In this document: positions 10,511-17,666 of the stretch, one piece after another
How the letters are laid out: every line of letters begins with the position of its first letter
Numbering within the stretch: the first letter of the stretch is position 1
Assembly: GCA_964370855.1 (NCBI GenBank)
Contig: CAYJMF010000003.1
Coordinates: 20,272-84,271 of the forward strand
DNA length: 64,000 bases
Reading direction: 5' to 3'
Source: an uncultured Planctomycetota bacterium
GTDB taxonomy: Bacteria > Planctomycetota > JAJSAM01 > JAKLKS01
Notes under the pieces: model-generated
Databases searched by the model: none
Told to the model about the DNA's origin: nothing
Seen by the model: the letters and a program-made list of their open reading frames with translations, nothing else
Program-made: the position numbers and the translations under genes

Positions 10511-11347
10511 ATGCGAACACAAGATACATATCCCTTGAAGACCCTGGGACCCCGGTCCGCGCGCCTTGTGGAGACCCTCCACGAGCGGGGACGCCCCCTC
10601 TTCACACTGGCGGAAGCGGCCGCGGCCTCGGGGCTGGGGCCGGTCTCGACGCGAAGGCTCCTTTCCAGGCTCGTCGCGCGGGGCGTCGCGACCCGTCTCC
10701 GCCCCGGCCTGTTCATCCTCGTCCCCTACGAAATGGGGCGCGCCCGGGAGTACCTGGGAAATCCCCTCGTGGTGGCGCGGGAGCTGGCCGGCGGGAGGCC
10801 CCACTACCTCTCGCACGCATCCGCGATGGACATCCACAGAATGACCACCCAGCCCCAGCTGGTCGTCTTCGTGACGTCGCCCCGCGCCATCCGGGGATGC
10901 ACGGTCCTCGGGATGGAGTTCCGCTTCGTCCGTTGCAAGGAGCGGGACTTCTTCGGGACCACCGCGCACTGGGTGGACAAGAAGGACAAGGTCGTCGTCA
11001 GCGACCTGGAGCGGACCGTCCTGGACGGGCTCAAGCAGCCGGAGCACTGCGGCGGCGTCACCGAGGTGGCGCGCGGACTGTGGATGCGCCGGTCCGACCT
11101 GGACCCCCGGAAGCTCGTCGAGGACTCCCTGCGCCTCGACGTCGGCGCCGTCCTCCGCCGCCTCGGCTTCCTCATGGAGACCTACGGGATCGGGGCCCCG
11201 GAGGATCGGGAGCGCCTGCGCGAGCGGGTCACCGCGACCTACAGCCTGCTCGACCCGATCCTGCCCGCCGAGGGCAAACTCCTGGCGCGGTGGCGCCTCC
11301 GGCTGAACGTCCTACCGGAGGAGCTCATGGCGGTCGTGGGAACCTGA
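10511..11347 (+). CDS. abiEi: AbiEi antitoxin / transcriptional regulator (type IV TA)
   Basis: wHTH N-terminal domain, DUF-like C-terminus. Immediately upstream of AbiEii with a 3-nt gap. Family architecture matches AbiEi. Confidence 0.65.
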   Translation: MRTQDTYPLKTLGPRSARLVETLHERGRPLFTLAEAAAASGLGPVSTRRLLSRLVARGVATRLRPGLFILVPYEMGRAREYLGNPLVVARELAGGRPHYLSHASAMDIHRMTTQPQLVVFVTSPRAIRGCTVLGMEFRFVRCKERDFFGTTAHWVDKKDKVVVSDLERTVLDGLKQPEHCGGVTEVARGLWMRRSDLDPRKLVEDSLRLDVGAVLRRLGFLMETYGIGAPEDRERLRERVTATYSLLDPILPAEGKLLARWRLRLNVLPEELMAVVGT

Positions 11348-11350
11348 TCC

Positions 11351-12193
11351 GTGATCCCCGCGCGCGACCTCTCCCTCCTCTCGAACCGCCTGGCCGGCGG
11401 GGGACGGCGGCTCCCCGAGGCCGTCCTCGAGCGCGACTACTGCCTTGCGTGGTTCCTCGTCGCCCTCGCACGCACCCCGCTCCGGGACGGTCTCGTGTTC
11501 AAGGGAGGAACGGCCCTCAAGCGCTGCTGGTTCGGCGACTACCGCTTCTCCGAGGATCTCGATTTCACCCTCGCCCGGGAGACGGACTTCGAGACCCTCC
11601 GGGCGGACCTGGAACCCGTGTACGCCGAGGCCGCGCGCGCGACGGGGGCCGTCTTCCGCTTCGCGCGCGCCGACAGGAACTCCCACGCCAACTGCCACAC
11701 CTTCTACCTCGCCTACGAGGGCCCCCTTCCCGCTCCCGCCGGGGGACGCGAAGTGAAGGTCGACGTCACCATCCGTGAGCGCCTGGTGTACCCGGCGGCG
11801 GAACGGCCCGTCCTCCGGGCCTACCCGGAGTTCTCGGACCTGACGGAGGCGGACCGTGTCCGGGTCTACTCGCTCGAGGAGATCGCCTCCGAGAAGGTGG
11901 TCGCGCTCCTGGACCGCGCCCGGAACGAGCCCCGCGACTTGTACGACATCTGGTTCCTCGTCGAGGGGAGGCACGTCGATCTCGCGGACATCGTGGGGGC
12001 CGTGGACGCCAAGCTCGACTTTCGCGGGAAGCGCCTCGATGACGTGCGGGAGGAACTCGCGCGAAAGGAGGTGCGCCTCCGGACGCTCTGGGGTACGCGC
12101 CTCGCGGGCCAGATGGTCGCCCTGCCGGAGTTCGAAGGAGTCTGGCGCGCCGTCCGGCGCGCGTTTCGCCAGGCCGGCCTTGGACAGAAGTAG
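11351..12193 (+). CDS. abiEii: AbiEii nucleotidyltransferase toxin (DUF1814 family)
   Basis: GTG start. 'VFKGGTALKRCWFGDYRFSEDLDF' NTase GS/DxD motif, characteristic of AbiEii. Confidence 0.7.
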   Translation: MIPARDLSLLSNRLAGGGRRLPEAVLERDYCLAWFLVALARTPLRDGLVFKGGTALKRCWFGDYRFSEDLDFTLARETDFETLRADLEPVYAEAARATGAVFRFARADRNSHANCHTFYLAYEGPLPAPAGGREVKVDVTIRERLVYPAAERPVLRAYPEFSDLTEADRVRVYSLEEIASEKVVALLDRARNEPRDLYDIWFLVEGRHVDLADIVGAVDAKLDFRGKRLDDVREELARKEVRLRTLWGTRLAGQMVALPEFEGVWRAVRRAFRQAGLGQK

Positions 12194-12261
12194 GACAGGG
12201 CCCCGCAATCCCCGCAGGCATCTCCGACGCGCTCGCAAGCCAAAGCGCTGAGCCGTGTTGT

Positions 12262-12294
12262 GGCGGAGGGTGAGGGATTCGAACCCCCGGTACG
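12262..12294 (-). other. tRNA 3'-end fragment (T-arm + acceptor 3' strand + CCA), att-like remnant
   Basis: Minus strand GGGGGTTCGAATCCCTC-ACCCTCC-G-CCA. No complementary 5' acceptor strand, D-arm or anticodon arm upstream. Spurious ORF 12260-12472 (AEGEGFEPP) is its antisense translation. Confidence 0.5.
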
Positions 12295-12541
12295 GTTGCC
12301 CGTACAGCGGTTTTCAAAGGGGAAAAGATGCCATATTGACAGAGTCTCAGATCGTGCGTTCCGGCCGCAAGAAAGTGCCGTAAAGTGCTGTTTCTTCAGA
12401 AGTTGCGCCAGCGACCCCTTCCATCATTTGTCGCCTTCCGGCACGCCCCGACACGCTGATCCCCCTTGCTAAAGTAGGCCATTCGTTAGGCCAAGATTCG
12501 GGGGTCTCGAGGGCCGGCCGCCGGCCCAGCAAGGAGCCGCC

Positions 12542-13660
12542 ATGCGCAGCAAGGGCCACATCCACCAGCGCCCCGGGCGACCGGGCTTCCACGCCATCTA
12601 CACCATCCAGGGCAAGCGCCACTACAAGAGCGGCTTCCCCACCAAGGCGCTGGCCCAGACCTGGATCGACCGCATGCTCCTCAACGCCCAGCGCGACGAG
12701 GCGCTCGGCATCGAGCCGCTCGCCATGGAGGTCACCTTCGGCGCCTTCCTCCCCCGCTGGAAAGCCGCCATCCGCCCGGCCCTCAGCGAGTCCACCCTGG
12801 AGGGCTACGTGAAGGTGGCCGAGGGGCTGCTGCTCCCCTTCTTCGGGAAGACCAGGATCCACGAGGTCTCCAACCTCCGCGTCCAGAGGTATATCGCCGA
12901 GCGCGCCGCCGCCGGCGCCACGACCCCCACCATCAACCGGAACCTCTGCGTGCTCGCCTCCATCATGAAGACCGCGCTCGCCTGCGGCTGCGCCCGCGTC
13001 AATCCTGTCATCGGCATCAAGCGGGCGCGGGAGACCATCCGCCCCATGCCCTACCTCACCCAGGAGGACGAGCTCCGCCTCCTGGCCACCCTCCCCGCCT
13101 GGCTCCGGACCGGCGCCCTCGTCAGCCTCGAGTCCGGCCTCCGCTCGGGGGAGATCCTCCGCCTGACGCGGCGCGACATCGACTTCCTCCGCCACGTCAT
13201 CGTCGTCCGCATCTCGAAGAACAAGTCCCCCCGCATGGTCGGCCTCAACCCCCGCCTCACGAAGGCCCTCCGCGCCCACCTCGAGACCATCCCCCGGAGC
13301 GCGGAGGAGATCTTCGTCTACCCCGACGGGAGGAAGATCCCCGTGAACACCTGGCGAATCCTCTTCCGCCGCGCCGTCGCGAAGGTGGGGCTGAAAGGGT
13401 TCAGGTTCCACGACCTGAGGCACATGCACGGGACTCGCCTCGCCGAGCGGGGCGCGCCGCCGGCCATGATCAAGATGGCGCTCGGGCACAAGTGCCTCGC
13501 GGCGACGCTCCGCTACATCGACCACGCCCCGAGCGCGTTCTCGGTGAAGGCGGCGTTCCTGCTGGTGGACGCGCCCGGGGAGGACGCCCAGCCGGCCTTC
13601 CCGGCATCGGCGGCCGCCACACCGGCTTCGATGCAGACGGCCATCTCCACCAGGGGGTGA
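12542..13660 (+). CDS. int: tyrosine recombinase / phage-type integrase
   Basis: RFHDLRHMHGT (R..HxxR) and LGHKCLAATLRY (catalytic Tyr) motifs. AAGGAG RBS upstream. Confidence 0.85.
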   Translation: MRSKGHIHQRPGRPGFHAIYTIQGKRHYKSGFPTKALAQTWIDRMLLNAQRDEALGIEPLAMEVTFGAFLPRWKAAIRPALSESTLEGYVKVAEGLLLPFFGKTRIHEVSNLRVQRYIAERAAAGATTPTINRNLCVLASIMKTALACGCARVNPVIGIKRARETIRPMPYLTQEDELRLLATLPAWLRTGALVSLESGLRSGEILRLTRRDIDFLRHVIVVRISKNKSPRMVGLNPRLTKALRAHLETIPRSAEEIFVYPDGRKIPVNTWRILFRRAVAKVGLKGFRFHDLRHMHGTRLAERGAPPAMIKMALGHKCLAATLRYIDHAPSAFSVKAAFLLVDAPGEDAQPAFPASAAATPASMQTAISTRG

Positions 13661-13741
13661 AAGGGATCGAGTAGGTGTGGGCAATTCGCATCCCCTCCGT
13701 CTTGGTGCCACCCCTCCCACCAAGATGTACCAATCCGCCAT

Positions 13742-13791
13742 CCGGACTGTCGATCCGGATGTTGGGGGTTCGAGTCCCCTCGGCCTCGCCA
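13742..13791 (+). other. 3' half of a tRNA-Asp(GTC) (anticodon arm to encoded CCA), att-like fragment
   Basis: Perfect anticodon stem CCGGA/TCCGG with loop CTGTCGA (anticodon GTC). T-arm GGGGG-TTCGAGT-CCCCT. Acceptor 3' strand CGGCCTC-G-CCA. No matching 5' acceptor or D-arm upstream. Followed by hairpin 13799-13815. Confidence 0.5.
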
Positions 13792-13798
13792 CCTCACT

Positions 13799-13815
13799 GA
13801 GCCCAAAAGGGGCTC
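13799..13815 (+). terminator. GC-rich hairpin after tRNA fragment
   Basis: gagccc-aaaag-gggctc stem-loop. No T-tract. Confidence 0.3.
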
Positions 13816-13952
13816 CCCGTCTGGGTTTGGAGTCGATCAAGCTTCATCATCGAGGCTGAACCATGCCGAACGAAATCGGCCTGAGACGACCCAGTTGCTC
13901 AGCGAGATGATCAGCACACTGGGCCAACGGTGGTGGCCCTTCGGCGTCCCGA

Positions 13953-16676
13953 CTATCGCCTGCTTGAGATCCGACGATACCGCCTCTCGAACGCGTCACT
14001 CCCCCCCTCCATGATGTCGCAGATCACGCGTCGCACTTGATCCTCCTGCAGCCCCCCCTGGCAGGCGACCTTCGTTTCGCCACCCCCAAACCGGAGGGCC
14101 GTGACGCACTCCGCATCGGCGTTAACCACGATGTTGGCATTGTGGGTGACCACGATGACCTGTCGCCGAGTCTTGGATCGCTGGAGTTGTGCAACGATCA
14201 AGCTGTAGATTACCTCGCTATCGAGGTCGTCCTCAGGCTGATCGAGTAGCAGCGGCTCCGACCCGTACGAGAGGATGAACGCCAAGATGGCAGCAGTACG
14301 TTGCCCCGGCGACCCTTGGTCGATGGAGCGGAAGTCCCCAGGCTCCGTTGGTGCGCAGTAGTCAACCCTCAGCGAATCTGCAGGTGAGTAGAACGCGAGA
14401 CGATCGAATGCCTCAGGGGCCAACTTGGCTAGGTGTTCCGCGAACCTACGATCGCGCGGCTTCACTCGCTTGTCGCGAATGCCGAGGACTTGAGTCCGAA
14501 GGATTTCGATTGCCTTCTCCATCCCCGAGCTAGGAGCCGAGTAGAGGTCAGACAAAAGGCTCTTGCCACTCTCGTCCTCGATGTCGTTCTGGAAACTCCG
14601 GTTGTCCATCAAGCCAAGACTCTTGCGCAGTCGCTCCTCAGCGTCCCGGCGGTTGCCGTAGGGCTCCACTCGAATGCGCACGTGGGGATTGTCCCTCAGA
14701 ACTCTCTCCAAGAAGTCCTGACGCCGCTTCGTGAGCTCCCGCCGCAATGCCAGCAGTCGCTCGCCCGATTCCTTCCCAAGCCCAGCGACACGTGACATCT
14801 CTGCTCGGGTTGCGGTTATCTTCGCAAGCCGCTGTTCAAGGCCTTGTCGATCTCCAACAAGCCGTCCGTACTCTGACGGGTCTCCGGCTCCGGCATCCTT
14901 GAGCTTTGCTACGAGCCCTTCGAACGCATCCTTTGACTTCGCTACCGCTTTCGCCCAGTCAGTCGCACGCAGTTTCTCGCGAGTCCTCTCGCCGGTCGCG
15001 GACACGATCTCTGCGACTGCTCTCACGTCCTTCATACTCGAGGCAAGGGACTCGTTGATCGCCTCAAACACATCGAGAACTTCACGCTCGCCAGACAAGG
15101 CTGGGTCGAACAGGTCTAACTCGAGACCGGGAGCAGAGAGACTCGCCACGGACTGTTCGATCGTCCCGGAGAAGTCCTTGATGGCGCCCAGCCATTCGCG
15201 AATCGCTACAAGCTGCCGTTGGCCTCGCTGGTAGGCCCGAAGTACCTCCTCGTGGCCCGACTTCTCGAACACGGAGAGACGTCTCTTTACGTCTTCAAGC
15301 TGCCCCATGAGCGTCGGCTCTTGAGCGAGTCCTGCCTGGAGCTCCCGCTCCTTGGCGCGTAACGCCATGAAGCGCGACTCTTCGGGGGCCCAGTGCTCTT
15401 CTCTCCATCGATCCTGATCAACTTCTGGAGCTCTGTCGATGATCGCAAGCAGGGCACCGGGATCGCTGGAGATTTCGAAAATCTCTCTCTGACTGTAGAT
15501 GCGCACCGGGAAGCGCCGCAGCGGCTCGCCAGGGCTCGGAGCCCAACTGGCTGGCGCAGTCTCCTGTTCGATGGCCGCGGTTTCTGTGCTTCGATCCCAG
15601 CGCACCCTAAACCGACTCCCCTCGCTTCGGAGTACTACGGTCACCGACGTTTCCGGCCTCCACAATCCGAGGGAGTCCCTTCCTTCGAATCCCTGCATCA
15701 TCTCCCCAAAGTCCTCGGTGAGCCGGCAGGAGCGGTTCGCGGTGCCCCCCATCGCAAGGCGAATGAATTCGATGATCGACGACTTGCCCGTTCCCCTGCC
15801 TCCAATGAGACAGTTGAGCCATGGGTTGAAGGGAATTGTCAAAGGCGCGCTGTTGCCGATGTACCGGGAACGTGTCAGGGCCACATACTCGATTACTACT
15901 GCCGCGTGTGCGTTGGGATCAGCCGAGGCAGTGGAGGCTGGCTGGACTGAAAGAGCGCCATCCTGAAGTGCGAGGCTCAGCCCTTCGGCGTCCGGCTTGG
16001 TCATCTTGAACCAAGTCGCCCTCCTGCCGACCGCGGCAATGGCATGGGCGTCCGAACTCTGAACCAATGCAATCCTGCCTAACCCTCGACAGTACTCGGA
16101 CTTCGAGCCGTCTGCGTACGCGAGGCCGGGAAATGTCAGATCTCCGACCTCTAGCGCCAACAGGTTGGCATCTCGAAGAATTTCCTGAAGGGCCAGCCCA
16201 GGGGACAGCTCTGTAAGGAGTCCCCTCCCCTTATCGACATGCGCTGCAATTGGAATGGCCCCACGCATCCGCGCCGCCGCGAGGACATCGCAAACTGCTC
16301 CTGAAACAAGGGCATTCTTGTCGCCCCGCATTCCGTCAGGTATGGAGAGCGCTCCGAGGAGAGCCGCGATGTCAGTAGAGCCGCGTTCCGGGTCCATCAC
16401 CAAGAGCAGGTGCACTCCCGGCGTGACGTGAACTTCCACGCCTGGGAAGACCGTGAGGCCCCGGCTGGACCTATCGGCTGCGCTCTTGAGGTCATCGACG
16501 CCGCTGCCTGTGCTGTGATCAGTTACCGCAACTCCGTCTAGGCCGGATGCCAAAGCCGCGGCTACCCACTGGTCCGGAGTGTCCGATGATCCCGGCCAGT
16601 CGTGGGACGCCATGGAGTGGGCGTGAAGATCCATCTTCCACCACCTCGCTCCCGGCCAGGGCCAGTCTTTGGGCAT
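13953..16676 (-). CDS. PHP-domain phosphoesterase fused to SMC/ABC-type ATPase with coiled-coil insert (Ppl-like single-gene defence candidate)
   Basis: N-term MDLHAHSMASHD...VAVTDH (PHP). Walker A GGRGTGKSS, long coiled-coil, Walker B LLLDQPEDDLD, VIVVTHNANI. GGAGG RBS before ATG at 16676. Confidence 0.65.
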   Translation of the reverse strand: MPKDWPWPGARWWKMDLHAHSMASHDWPGSSDTPDQWVAAALASGLDGVAVTDHSTGSGVDDLKSAADRSSRGLTVFPGVEVHVTPGVHLLLVMDPERGSTDIAALLGALSIPDGMRGDKNALVSGAVCDVLAAARMRGAIPIAAHVDKGRGLLTELSPGLALQEILRDANLLALEVGDLTFPGLAYADGSKSEYCRGLGRIALVQSSDAHAIAAVGRRATWFKMTKPDAEGLSLALQDGALSVQPASTASADPNAHAAVVIEYVALTRSRYIGNSAPLTIPFNPWLNCLIGGRGTGKSSIIEFIRLAMGGTANRSCRLTEDFGEMMQGFEGRDSLGLWRPETSVTVVLRSEGSRFRVRWDRSTETAAIEQETAPASWAPSPGEPLRRFPVRIYSQREIFEISSDPGALLAIIDRAPEVDQDRWREEHWAPEESRFMALRAKERELQAGLAQEPTLMGQLEDVKRRLSVFEKSGHEEVLRAYQRGQRQLVAIREWLGAIKDFSGTIEQSVASLSAPGLELDLFDPALSGEREVLDVFEAINESLASSMKDVRAVAEIVSATGERTREKLRATDWAKAVAKSKDAFEGLVAKLKDAGAGDPSEYGRLVGDRQGLEQRLAKITATRAEMSRVAGLGKESGERLLALRRELTKRRQDFLERVLRDNPHVRIRVEPYGNRRDAEERLRKSLGLMDNRSFQNDIEDESGKSLLSDLYSAPSSGMEKAIEILRTQVLGIRDKRVKPRDRRFAEHLAKLAPEAFDRLAFYSPADSLRVDYCAPTEPGDFRSIDQGSPGQRTAAILAFILSYGSEPLLLDQPEDDLDSEVIYSLIVAQLQRSKTRRQVIVVTHNANIVVNADAECVTALRFGGGETKVACQGGLQEDQVRRVICDIMEGGSDAFERRYRRISSRR

Positions 16677-16940
16677 GGTTCCTCCGCAACAACCTCCGTC
16701 AACGGCGCTCCGGAGCCAATTTTGCCGGTTGCCCCACGGCATAACAAGGGGAACCCGAGGCCGCCATGAGACGCGCAGGAGTCAATCACCCTCACGGAGG
16801 CATGACTTGAATGGACAACTCCATCCCTGAACCCAACGAGACACCACTCGATCCACGCGCTGACAGGCACGCTCGGTCTTCAAAGGCCGGCCAAGGAGAA
16901 CGCTTCATTTTCTTCGCAAGTGGCGACATCGTTTCTCCTT

Positions 16941-17477
16941 TCAAGCACTGCCCACCCTCCTTTCGACTCCGATATAGCAGGACCCCATCTCGGCGAGTCG
17001 GTTTGCGTACATTCCCATGACCCGAATGGAGTACTTACCATAGGATCGGCAGTACCACTGGCTCAAGGGGGCCCATATCGTGCCTTCGCGGCCTGTCTTG
17101 CTGCATCCGCTGGACAGGAAGTGAATTCTGTAAGGAGGGCACACATCCGGAAGGCCGTTCTCGTTGATTAGTTGAATCTCGATTTCGAACGCTCCGTGGA
17201 GTGGCTGGGCCTTCCAGAACAACCTGAGTTCTAGGCCCTTGATAACGCCGGGAACACTTGAAATTCCTAGGGTAGGATGACCGCCCTTGTCAATGTGAAA
17301 TCTCCTGCCACTTCGATGGAGTTCGATCCTCGTCAGGATTGGTGCCCATGTCGCTGGAGCTCCGCGTGGCCAACACGCCGGGCACTCCCTAGGCAGATCC
17401 TGCCGTCCGGTGAGCGCCTGGACAAGAGGATTGAATCCGAGTGCAGTGTCAAGAATCTTGGGCCTGCGTACTGCCAT
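16941..17477 (-). CDS. hypothetical protein in low-GC patch
   Basis: Only ORF in ~1 kb lower-GC segment between Ppl-like gene and sbcC. Moderately protein-like. Confidence 0.25.
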   Translation of the reverse strand: MAVRRPKILDTALGFNPLVQALTGRQDLPRECPACWPRGAPATWAPILTRIELHRSGRRFHIDKGGHPTLGISSVPGVIKGLELRLFWKAQPLHGAFEIEIQLINENGLPDVCPPYRIHFLSSGCSKTGREGTIWAPLSQWYCRSYGKYSIRVMGMYANRLAEMGSCYIGVERRVGSA

Positions 17478-17666
17478 ACGCCTCCCCTCCTGTGCGATCC
17501 ATGGGCACGAAGCTCCGGACGAAACGACCCCCGCCAGATCCTGCCTCCTCCTATGCCATTTCGCCTTCCTTCTACGATTCAGACGATTCCTCGGAGGCTG
17601 AATCTCCTACCTCCTGAGGTGGTGGACTACCGACCTCAAGATAAGTGGCAGTCTGAATTGCTGTCT

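Noticed and set aside
12262-12345. Complete tRNA gene on minus strand
   Set aside because: Only the T-arm and acceptor 3' strand fold. There is no complementary 5' acceptor (GG[A/G]GGGT), D-arm or anticodon arm upstream.
12260-12472. 70-aa ORF 'MAEGEGFEPPVRLP...'
   Set aside because: It is the antisense translation of the tRNA T-arm (GGATTCGAACC gives GFEP). Not coding.
12262-12620. Possible tmRNA (ssrA) on minus strand ending at 12262 with encoded CCA
   Set aside because: There is no tag-peptide reading frame ending ...AA-stop. No convincing 5' acceptor strand at the right distance. The gene would have to overlap the integrase start.
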